The position numbers and the translations under genes are program-made. The notes beneath the pieces were generated by a model. That model made no database searches, was not told the DNA's origin, and saw nothing but the letters and a program-made list of their open reading frames with translations. Positions 42,192 to 53,555 of a stretch of DNA of 64,000 bases are shown piece by piece. The DNA comes from Eledone cirrhosa (lineage: Eukaryota), in NCBI GenBank assembly GCA_964016885.1, contig OZ024741.1, forward strand, positions 394,878,001 to 394,942,000, read 5' to 3'. Within the stretch, counting starts at the first letter, position 1; each line of letters begins with the position of its first letter.

Positions 42192-42919
42192 TAATTCCTT
42201 ATATGGGAAGATTGTAGTTGTCAAGAGGATTGGTCAAAATTTCTTGTAAACACAATTAAGTCTATCATGGCAGTGGGTGGGAGGTGGGGGTGGCTGAACT
42301 TGCCTGTAGAACAATGAAGGAGTGGGTGGAGCCGGTCAAGCGTTGAAAGTGAATTCTATACAGTAAATTCTAAGGAGTGTGTATGGAAGTAGGCGACAAA
42401 GGATTCTGGAGAAAATAGAAAAGGGATGTTATAGAATAGGTAAAAGAATAGGTAAATCAATTGAAATTAGAAGATAATAAATAAATAAGAAAAAATATAA
42501 AATTGGATAGTAAGAAGTGATAAAAAAACTGTAGAGTCTAAAACAGCTGCTAAAACAGTTGCTGTTGGAGGTTAATAAGTTGAGAATAGAAGATACTAAA
42601 TAAATAAAAAAGTTTTGAAATTATAGAATTGGGTAGTAAAAAGTAATACAAAATCTCTGGGGTCTAAAACAGCTGCTATAATTAGTTGGTTTTGAGTGTT
42701 CGGCCAATGCTGTCTTTAATTTACTGGGGTGGGGGTACTGAGGTTATAAAGGCCCGATGGGCTGCCTTGGGGTAGGCGAAAGGGGAAAAAGGAAGAGGAT
42801 AGGGAGTGGAAGGAAGTGATAGGAAGAGAGAAAGGGAAGAAGAAAATAGAAAGGAGAAGAAAAGAGGTACATCTACCTATGTTAGCTGGGGATTCCCCTA
42901 TCTTGTTTGGCTTACTGTC

Positions 42920-43090
42920 CAGGGCTAACTCCAACACGGGAGGACGCCGTCCATGTAACTTATGCTCGGAGGAAACATTACAAATGCTGTTTACGAAGGA
43001 CCAACTCCTAAACAAAAACAATGAACTGGTAACTGCATGCAAACACCGATTGCGTAGGACTTACCTCGCCCTGAAACCCCCTAATGACCC
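42920..43090 (+). mobile_element. PLE GIY-YIG C-terminal remnant (Naiad-like)
   Basis: CNLCSEE..LLNKNNELVTACKH, homologous to CNLCIAE..LINRRVDLFSNCQH at ~47040-47140. Confidence 0.7.
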
Positions 43091-43134
43091 AGGTAGACAG
43101 ACAATGGCTGCAACATCCTCCTTTTTCCCACTTG

Positions 43135-44552
43135 CCGAAAGGATATTAGCACAACTAATTAGAGAAAGGGTCAAACTAGATGAGATGCAGTTTGGTTTTG
43201 TGTCTGGGAAAAGTACAACAGATGCCCTCTTCTTAGTGAAAACAATTACAAGAGAGGTTCTTAGAGAAGAATAAGCCACTATACTTAGCCTTTGTTGACC
43301 TAGAGAAGGCCTTTGATAGGGTACTCTGATCTGTCATCTGATGGTCCCTAAGGAAACTAGGTGTTGAGGAATGGCTTGTGAGGACAGTGCAAACTTTGTA
43401 CAGAGGTGCTGTCAATAAAGTTAGGGTAGGAATGGAGTTTAGTGAGGAATTCCAGATACAAGTAGGAGTACATCAAGGTTTGGTCCTCAGCCCGCTCTTG
43501 TTCATTATAGTCCTCCAAGCCATAACAGGGGAGTTTAAGACTGGCTGTCCATGGGAACTTCTCTATACTGACAATCTGGTTCTTATAGCAGAATCAGTAG
43601 AGGAGCTACAGAATAAATTCTGGCTATGGAAACAGCAGTTGGAAGCAAGAGGACTGAGAGTGAACCTAGCTAAGACAAAAGTGTTAATGAGTAGAAAAGA
43701 GGACAAAACTCTGATTCCGTCAGGGAAATGGCCATGTTCGATATGCAGAAAAGGAACTGGCATAAATTCTATAAAATGCACACAATGCAGATCCTGGGTA
43801 CACAAGAGATGTAGTGGGATAGCAAGCAAACTAACAGGTAGGGACAAATACGTATGCAGTAGATGTACAGGGAAATTAGACAGTAGAAGTCGCATTGATA
43901 GACATATTTTTCAAATGCAGGCGGGTGCTATAGAAGTGGTGGATAGCTTCTGGTAGCTAGAAGATCAGATTAACATGGTAGGGGGTGTTCTGAGGCCATA
44001 GTATCTAGAATAAGGATGGGTTGGAAGAAGTTTAGGAAGCTGCTTCCTCTGCTGACAAAGAAGGGTTTCTCCCTGCGTACGAAAGGCCGGTTATATGATG
44101 CCTGTGTGAGATGCGCGATGCTGCATAGTAGTGAGACATGGGCAGCAACTGCAGCGGATATGCGACGGCTGGAGAGAAATGAGGCAAGCATGCTCCATTG
44201 GATGTGCAATGTCAATGTGTGTGAACGGCCAAGCATGGATGTGTTGAGAGAGAAACTGTGTCTGAGAGGGATAGAATGTAGTGTACAAGAGAGGAGACTG
44301 AGGTGGTATAGACATGTGATGCGCATGGAGGATGACCGATGGGTGAAGAAGTGCCAGAAAATACCAGTTGAAGGAAGACGTGGTGGAGGTAGACCACGAA
44401 AAACATGGGCGGAGTTGGTGAGAACAGACCTCAGATCGCTGAAGCTCATGGTGGAGATGACGAAGGACCGTGACGAGTGGAGATATGCTGTGCTGAATAT
44501 GACCCGTCCCACCCTTGCAAGCAGTGAAAAGCGGACGTAAAATGATGATGAA
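43135..44552 (+). mobile_element. RTE LINE 3' half
   Basis: QFGF, VDLEKAFD, GVHQG, YTDN, PHD-like finger, GRPRKTW, short UTR and (GAT)n. Confidence 0.93.
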
Positions 44553-44724
44553 TGAGGATGACCACATATATATGTGTGTGTGTGTATATATATATATATA
44601 CATATATATGTGTGTGTGTGTGTGTATATATATGTATATATAAATATGTATATATATATATATGTGTGTGTGTGTGTATATATATATGTATATAGTATGT
44701 TTTGAAACAGTGAGGAGGTTTGAA

Positions 44725-44831
44725 ATTAGAAAATAGAATAGCTTTCACCGTATTTTTGACTAAAGGAATTTTATTATCAGGCTAAAATTCCTTTAGTCCA
44801 AAATACGGTGAAAGCTATTCTATTTTCTAAT
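44725..44831. repeat. Near-perfect hairpin (49-bp arms, 9-nt loop)
   Basis: 44725-44773 is the reverse complement of 44783-44831 with one mismatch. Confidence 0.9.
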
Positions 44832-44869
44832 ATATGTATATATAAATATGTATATATGTACGAGAATGC

Positions 44870-46494
44870 AAGGACTCCTCCTCTCTATTTAGGCCGCGGA
44901 CAGCTAACATAGCCCCATCCCCCTCACCCCTCCCTGCACCCTGTCTTTCCCACCCACCAAACACAATCCAAAACTTCAGAGTTGGTACCATGAATGTAGG
45001 TACCTTAAAAGGTCGCTCTAACGAGGTTGTAGAGATGCTTGAACGTAAGGAGGTTGATGTTTGCTGCATTCAAGAGACCAGGTGGAGGGGTGGGTCCGCT
45101 AGATTCATTGTGGGCAAAAAACGATGCTATAAGCTTTTCAGGGTGGGAAATGACAATGGGCTAGGTGGAGTAGGAATTATGTTAGCAGAAAAATGGGTAG
45201 ATAAGGTAATTGCCGTAATTAGAGTGAACGACAGAATAATTAAAATAAGACTTGTCCTCAATAGAACTACTGTGACAATAATAGCTGCGTATGCACCCCA
45301 ACCCGGACTGCCTGGCATTATAAAAGACAGATTCTATGAGATGTTAATGCTCATTACCTCCGAAATAACCGACAGTGACTTTATAATTATTGCTGCTGAC
45401 CTAAATGGTCATGTTGGAAAACACTGTGACGGCTATGACGGAATCCATGGAGGCTATGGGTTTGGTACTAGAAATGAGGAAAGCTCCAGAATCCTGGAAT
45501 TATGTGACGCAAATAATCTAACTATCATCATCATCATCAGGTTTAGCGTCCGTGTTCCACGCTTGCATGGGTTTGGACGGGGGTTTTCCCACTTGAGGCA
45601 AGAGTATATGTAACACAAACTTCAAAAAACGAGACAATCACCTGATCACCTACAGATCAGGGGAACATACCAGCCAGGTAGATTATATCCTTACCAGAAG
45701 ATGTGACAGAGTGTCTGTTGTAAACACTGAATCCTTCCCCCATGAAGAATGCACCTCCCAACATAGCCTCATAGTTAGCGACCTCATATTCAGGACGAGA
45801 CGTATTCGACAACAGAGGAGGACTATCCTTAGGAGAAAAATATGGAAGTTAAAGGACCCCACAGCCAGTAATAAATTTAAAAGCATATTACTTGATGCTT
45901 TTGACAGTAAGGAAGAGCAATTAGAGTCGTACAATATAGAGGGACAGTGGGAATTCCTGAAAGCTAACCTGCTGAAGGTGACAGATGAAATCTGTGGCTG
46001 GAGGAGAGTAACATGGTGCTGGAACAGTAAGGTGTAGAAGTCGATTAAGGCCAAAAAGCAGGCTTGGAAAGTATGGCGGGATGGGGGAAGTAGAGAAGAC
46101 TATCAAGTGGCCAGGAGGGAAGCTAGGAGACATGTGTACTTCGCAAGAAGGGAAGCAGAGGAAAGAAAGTTCAAGCATGTTCTACAACGCGAGGACCAAA
46201 AAGGTGTTCAGGATTGCTAGACAATGTGTCAAGGAGAACCATGATATTGTCGGGGAGAAGTGTGTCCGTAATGATCATGGTGTACTTGCCATCACTGACG
46301 CTGATAAGAAGGTAGCTTGGAAGTGTCACTACGAAAGGCTACTAAATGAGGAGAATAAATGGGAGAAAGACAGTCTCCCCCACATCGATCCAATAGAGGG
46401 ACCAGCAGTGCAAGTTGAAGGTAGTATAATAAGTAAGGCAATCAAAGATATGAAGATGGGCAAGGCGGCTGGGCCTTCGGAAATAGTGGCTGAA
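44870..46494 (+). mobile_element. RTE LINE 5' part: AP endonuclease and linker, truncated by a PLE
   Basis: MNVGTL, CIQETRW, AYAPQ, DLNGHVG, QVDYIL, SQH; ends at GKAAGPSEIVAE. Confidence 0.93.
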
Positions 46495-47175
46495 AAGCTG
46501 TCCTACTCCACAACCAGTAACATAGGTCAGAATATAGCTAAGATGAATTATAGTAGACTTAGGACAGCCCAAGAGTGGATGAAACATGGTAGAACTAATG
46601 GCAGCTCTATGAATGAACGGACTCATACATGTGAGGTGAGTCGGGTCACCCCAACTCCTGGTAACTTACCCATAGAGCAGACAAGAACTGAGACCCGACC
46701 CCAGAGGTACCGTGGTTCCTTTGGAACTACCCAGGCCGATAGCAGAAAATGTAATTGCAGGAACACTGCCACTTGCCCCTTGGCTGGGAAATGCTTCACC
46801 AAAAACATAGTCTACGACTGTAAGGTCTCCACTTTAGATAGAACCTTCAGGTATGTTGGGGCAACTGCCACTGAATTTAAGGATAGATGGTATAATCACT
46901 GCCATACCTTTAATAGATTAGATAAAAGAAATAGCACAGCGCTTTCTGAATTAGTCTGGAAGCTTAAACAACAGAATATAGAGCACACCTTATCCTGGTC
47001 CATAATTTGCTCAGCCCAGCCGTATAATGGCAACACTGGCGTTTGCAATTTGTGTATAGCTGAAATCTTTAATATTATTAGAGGCGGCCCCCTATTAATC
47101 AATAGGAGAGTGGACCTTTTCAGCAACTGCCAACATAGAACCTCAAAAACCTTCCGTAGGATTTTTGGAAAGTAA
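46495..47175 (+). pseudogene. PLE GIY-YIG endonuclease domain (intact reading frame, 5'-truncated)
   Basis: CNCRNTATCPLAGKC, NIVY..YVGAT..FKDRWYNH, STALS, WSI, CNLC, LIN. Confidence 0.88.
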
Positions 47176-48720
47176 CCTACCACTAACTCCTCCCTCACTA
47201 CCTTAGCCATTGAGTTCTCTCAATTAGCAATAAAATAGACAATTACACACTTAGTTAGCTAGACACCGAAGATCGTTTGCGCACTTACTAACAGTACTCG
47301 GCCTGTTTCCACAGAGTTCTCACAGCTGAGTGCACATTAGAATACCTAGTTAGTAAATAGTTAGAAAGATTACACACTCAGGTAAGACCGATTATGCGCA
47401 TTCACCATTACTTTAGGACACCCTAACCACTGAGTTCTCTCGGGTAGGATATAGTTAGGCGTATTACACACTCAGTTAAGACTAATTACGCTCTCTATAC
47501 ATAACTCTACACACAGTACCCGGTTTTCTTTAGACACTAAGTTCCCGCAGTTATTACTGGTCACGTTCCTATCGATTGAACACTACACTAGGTTTTGATC
47601 CGTGATCATCTAACCATGGCATGCTCACGGTTACAGATTGGACAATAATACTTACACACCATTAATGGGCCTACACACATTTTCTGGGTTTTGCTATTAT
47701 TTGTTATTTTATTTTGCCTTTTGTGTTGGATAACACACCTCCACCACTCTAACACCTATCTTAAAAGCCCAAGGTCCCATATGACGGGAAATCGCACATA
47801 CCGACACCTTAACCCAAGTACCCAACTCTACGCAGAGCCCCTTGGTGGCCTACATAGCGGTTGCTTGCACGCGCAGATTTGGGGACTCAGATTCTCAATG
47901 GGACAACAGCATATACTGTGTTCGATATTTGCTCTTCACAGGGATGTGTATATACCTAAACATACACTTTTTTGGATGATATGGATGTGTATATACCATA
48001 ACATACACTATTTGGAGATACGGATGTTACAATTCGATCTACACACGTATAGCAGAACACTGAATTGAACTTGCGTGTATATAGGGTTGTGGTTTACCCA
48101 ATTTTTCCAATTCTTTTGGACGATACGGATGTATGTACCATAACATACACTATTTGGAGATACGGATGTTACAATTCAATCTATACACGTATAGCAAATC
48201 ATTGAACTGAACTTACTTGCGTGTGTATAGGGTTGCAGTTGACCCAACTTTTCCAATTTACATCGTTAAATTAAGATTTGACCAATATAACATTTGTTGT
48301 TTTGTAAACTAACTTTCGGTGAATACTATGTTGGTATATTTGTATTTTTATTTTTCCTTTAACCTCGTGTTGGTGTGTGTGAGTATGTGTGTGTGTACTC
48401 ACTCACGCTAACTGTGACCGTCTATAGTTCTACAGATTTGATGCTGTGTTGGTATGTGTATATATATTTTTTTTTCTTTGACCTTGCGTCATGTATGTGT
48501 GAGTGTGTGTGTACCCACTTACATTAACTGTGACCGATTGTGATTCTACAGATTTGATTGCGTCTTTTACAGCTATTGGGAGACTTGATAGTTTTATGAC
48601 CCTAACTGAGGATGATAGCAGTCGCCGTGTTCTGACTGCTTGATCTTCATATGAGGGACTAAATTCTGTGAATGAACACCGTTAATTTTCTCCCTCATAT
48701 CAAGGATTTGAAGACAATTA

Positions 48721-48805
48721 ATTTTCACCTGACGAGATCAGTGATAATCGATCATGACTACACGATCGATCTATCTCTTATTGAAACATGTGTCGTGATT
48801 AAAAT
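48721..48805 (+). ncRNA. Type I hammerhead ribozyme in the upstream pLTR
   Basis: AUUUUCAC-CUGACGA-[GAU..AUCGAUC/GAUCGAU..AUU]-GAAA-CAUGUG-UC-GUGA..AAAAU; GUC site at 48792-48794. Confidence 0.85.
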
Positions 48806-49036
48806 GATTGGAAATTTATACCATGCCTTCGGATCTTTATTTTGATACAAATACTCCATTTTACATCATCTAGCTGTTCCCATAAATGGAATTGGAGATA
48901 TACAAAAACGTGGAGAACTTAATATTGCTAACAAAAATGTTATTAGACCGTTTGACACAACCACTAATACACCTTACTATATAACAACTCAAAGCTCCTA
49001 ATTCTGTTGAGCACTTAATGCTGTTAAGCAAGGAAT

Positions 49037-51545
49037 ATGATGGAGAAATTCTCGGTGAACTCTTCGCTCAAGGACATCCCTTTGCCTAGCATGAAAGAAT
49101 TCACAAGGCTGGCCATAGGTAAATCGGACTCCTTTGTCTGTAGAATGCGTTGGAAGGCCTTCCACTTTGACAGAGGAACACCAACAAACCACCCCAGGGA
49201 GAGAACGCGCGGCATTGAGGAAATATTCAAATTCAGAAGAAACCCACCGCACAATAAGTACCTGGAGGAATTCGAGACTGAAATGTCTAACATAGTGTCC
49301 AACCTTAAGTTTAGGAAAAACCCACTCAGGGGAAAAAGCTACTTAAGAAGACTGAATGGTGATCTAGGAAAACTAAGGAATTCGACCGACATTTTGGTGC
49401 ATGCAGATAAAACTAAGAACCTGTACGATATGGATAGAGTAACTTATGACGACTTGATAATCAGAGAACTTAGAAAAAGCTACAGAAAAACTACAAGGGC
49501 CAACCTGGATTTAATCAACACGGAAGCCAATAGCGTCATGACTAAACTGAGTATTGAAGATAAAACCAAACCCTTCCATCCTAGAATTCCGAGGATTTTA
49601 TTGAAAGACCACAAATTAAACTTTGAATCATCAAGACCTGTCAGGCTGATAGCCCCTTCGAAGTTGAACATAGGAATCGTGAGTAAAAACATCCTTGATA
49701 AAATAATCCCCACTCTAGTTAGGAGATCGAAGCTTAAATTATGGTCAGGAACTAGGGAGGTAATTAACTGGTTTGAGAAATCGCAGAATAAGAATAGCAC
49801 TAAGTTTATACAGTTCAATATCTCTAACTACTACTCTTCGATCTCTCCAACTCTTCTAGGTAAGACCCTAAATTTTGCTAGCTTACACACCGACCTTACA
49901 TCTGAAGAAATTAACATTATTCTCCTAGCTAGGAAAACCTTAATTGAGTTCAACGGTGACTTGTGGACCAGGAAAGATTGGCCGGACAATTTCGACATCA
50001 CCATGGGATCCACGGACTTGGCCCAAGTGACTGATTTGGTGGGCGTTTACTTCCTCGACTGTCTCGGAGTGGAAATGCCTCACTTGGGAGGTGGCGCTTA
50101 CTGTGACAACGTTTTGTTTACGGTATCATTCCATAATAATAGTATGGTAGAGAGGGTGAGGAAAAAACTTAGCAAATTCTTCAACAACATAGACCTAAGT
50201 ATAGTATTTGAAGAAAACCTGAAGATAGTTAATTTTCTAGATCATCATCATCATCATCATCATCATCATTTTACGTCCGCTTTTCCCTGCTTGCCTCAAT
50301 TCACTTAACCTCAATTCAGGACTATTCCAACCCTAGCACAAACCCACCGAAAATCTAAATTATGTCAACGCAAAATCGAACCACCCTAGAATAGTCACTA
50401 ACGGTATTACCAAAAGCGTCTCTAGTAGAATTTCAGGACTATCTTCCAATGAAGAGACCTTTGATAGGATCTCGAATGACTATAATAGCGCCCTGGAACG
50501 TTCGGGGCATAACGATGGAATCTCATTCAAACGTCCATTAAATAGTAGTAGCAACATTGCCTGCGATAGCTTAGGCCAAAATAGTGACACTTTAGTTAAC
50601 AGCAGGCGGAATGCGTGGGAGGATCAATATAGATTTCATGTTGTATTGCCTCCTAGTCCCAATGTCGATGGTACCAAGGGAACCAATCACCCAGGTACAA
50701 ACACGGGGTCTGAGCACCGTAATGCCAGCGGAAACTCTAATTGTAACCTTAATTGTAGAACTGATAAAACAACCGTTCAACGTAAAATGGAACAAGGGCC
50801 GGGTAGAGGGAATAGGGATAATGTAGCAGGCGCATAGTGGATATAACCCCGGTTATCGAGGGTAATCCCAATGGCTGCACGAGGGGTACACCGCCCGGAG
50901 ACATGGGACGATTCCGAACACAATCAAGACACCCCAGGAAACCATCGACCCACAGGCAGTTTTCAGTTATAATAGACCAGTAGCTACTAGGGAGATAGGT
51001 AACTCCAGTATAGATAGCAAAAACAAGAGGCATTGGAGCAGAAAAATCCTGTGGTATTACCTCCCTTACTCCACTGGCCTGACCACTAGTATAGCTAAGC
51101 TTTTCTTTAGGGCCTTAGACAAATGCTTCCCTAGATCACACAGATACTATAAGATATTCAATAGGAATACCATTAAGCTGTCCTACTCTACAACCAGTAA
51201 CATAGCTCAGAATATAGCTAAGATGAATTTTAGTAGACTTAGGACAGCTCAAGGGGGGATGAGACATGGTAGAACTAATGGCAGCTCTATGGATGAATGG
51301 ACACATACACGTGAGGTGAGTCGGGTCACCCCAACTCCTGGGAACTTACCCATAGAGCAGACAAGAACTGAGACCCGACCCCAGAGGTACCGTGGTTCCT
51401 TTGGAACTACCCAGGCCGATAGCAGAAAATGTAATTGCAGGAACACCGCCACTTGCCCCTTGGCTGGGAAATGCCTCACCAAAAACATAGTCTACGACTG
51501 TAAGGTCTCCACTTTAGATAGAACCTTCAGGTATGTTGGGGCAAC
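49037..51545 (+). pseudogene. PLE RT-EN polyprotein, disrupted
   Basis: YCDN in place of YxDD; insertion at ~50243-50300; stop at ~50334; EN C-terminal half deleted after YVGAT. Confidence 0.88.
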
Positions 51546-53019
51546 ACACTTAGGTAGCTAGACACCGAAGATCGTTTGCGCACTTACTAACAGTACTCGG
51601 CCTGTTTCCACAGAGTTCTCACAGCTGAGTGCACTTTAGAATACCTAGTTAGTAAATAGTTAGAAAGATTACACACTCAGGTAAGACCGATTATGCGCAT
51701 TCACCATTACTTTAGGACACCCTAACCACTGAGTTCTCTCAATTAGGATATAGTTAGGCGTATTACACACTCAGTTAAGACTAATTACGCTATCTATACA
51801 TAACTCTACACACAGTACCCGGTTTTCTTTAGACACTGAGTTCCCGCAGTTATTACTGGTCACGTTCCTATCGATTGAACACTACACTAGGTTTTGATCC
51901 GTGATCATCTAACCATGGTGTACTCAGGGTTACAGATTGGACAATAATACTTACACACCATTAATGGGCCTACACACATTTTCTGGGTTTTGCTTAAAAG
52001 CCCAAGGGCCCATATGACGGGAAATCGCACATACTGACACCTTAACCCAAGTACCCAACCCTACACAGAGCCCCTTGGTGGCCTACATAGCGGTTGCTTG
52101 CACGCACAGATTTGGGGACTCAGATTCTCAATGGGACAATGGCACATACTGTGTTCGATATGAGCTGAGTACTTGCTCTTCACAGAGATGTGTACATACC
52201 TAAACATACACTTTTTTGGACGATATGAGCTGACTACTTCCTGTTCACAGGGATGTGTATATACCTAAACATACACTTTTTTGGACGATATGGATGTGTA
52301 TATACCATAAGATACACTATTTGGAGATACGGATGTTACAATTCAATCTATACACGTATAGCAGAACACTGAATTGAACTTGCGTGTGTATAGGGTTGTG
52401 GTTGACCCAATTTTTCCAATTCTTTTGGACGATACGGATGTATGTACCATAACATACACTATTTGGAGATACGGATGTTACAATTCAGTCTATACATGTA
52501 TAGCAAATCATTGAACTGAACTTACTTGCATGTGTATAGGGTTGCAGTTGACCCAATTTTTCCAATTTACATCGTTAAATTGAGATTTGACCAATATAAC
52601 ATTTGTTGTTTTGTAAACTAACTTTCAGTGAATACTATGTTGGTATATTTGTATTTTTATTTTTCCTTTAACCTCGTGTTGGTGTGTGTGAGTATACTCA
52701 CTCACACTAACTGTGACCGTCTATAGTTCTACAGATTTGATGCTGTGTTGGTATGTGTATATATATATTTTTTTCTTTGACCTTGCGTCATGTATGCGTG
52801 AGTGTGTGTGTACCCACTCACATTAACTGTGACCGACTGTAATTCTACAGATTTGATTGCGTCTTTTACAGCTATTGGGAGACTTGATAGTTTTATGACC
52901 CTAACTGAGGACGATAGCAGTCGCCGTGTTCTGACTGCTTGATCTTCATATGAGGGACTAAACTCTGTGAATGAACACCGTTAATTTTCTCCCTCATATC
53001 AAGAATTTGAAGACTTTTC

Positions 53020-53104
53020 ATTTTCACCTGACGAGATCACTGATAATCGATCATGGCTATACGATCTATCAATCTCTTATTGAAACATGTGTCATGATTA
53101 AAAT
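53020..53104 (+). ncRNA. Hammerhead ribozyme, downstream pLTR copy
   Basis: Same fold as 48721-48805, but GUC-AUGA breaks the first stem I pair. Confidence 0.7.
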
Positions 53105-53260
53105 GATTGGAAATTTATACCATGCCTTCGGATCTTTAGTTTGATATATAGTAATAATAATAAATTTGAAGACTAAAATCCAAAGAAAGCTCAATAAGGA
53201 CAAATATATATCAAATTTATAAGAACCGTAGAGTAAATATTTATTAAAATAAAAGATTAA

Positions 53261-53311
53261 AGTTTAAGCAAAGAATCGCTGCTTTCACCCTTAACGGGAT
53301 CTTCAGAAAAT
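53261..53311 (-). ncRNA. Compact type I hammerhead within a palindrome
   Basis: UUU-CUGAAGA-UCCCGUUAAGGGU-GAAA-GCA..UGC-UU-AAACU; arms 53237-53290 and 53320-53373 are inverted repeats. Confidence 0.65.
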
Positions 53312-53365
53312 CCTGTTATGGGTGAAAGCAGCGATTCTTTGCTTAAACTTTAATCTGTTATTTTA

Positions 53366-53405
<40 letters not shown>

Positions 53406-53518
53406 TCACACATATATATATATATGTGTGTATGTATGTGTTTGTGTGTATGTACGTGTATTTATACTCTATGTATTGAGTACCTTACTTACTGTGGTTA
53501 CACCATATTGAACCCGGG

Positions 53519-53554
<36 letters not shown>

Positions 53555-53555
<1 letters not shown>

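Larger units (their letters stand above)
46495..53146 (+). mobile_element. Penelope-like element (Naiad-like), partial tandem: [EN + pLTR][RT-EN + pLTR]
   Basis: RT ORF 49037-50240 (SLKDIPLPS, MRWKA, ADKT, LKDHK..RLIAPSK, TMGS); KIFNRNTIKLSYS; CNCx5CP..C; VY..YVG; 46495-48846 is repeated at ~51175-53146. Confidence 0.92.

Noticed and set aside
46740-47140. Selenocysteine-encoding Naiad
   Set aside because: All Cys-motif codons are TGT/TGC and no canonical SECIS is visible
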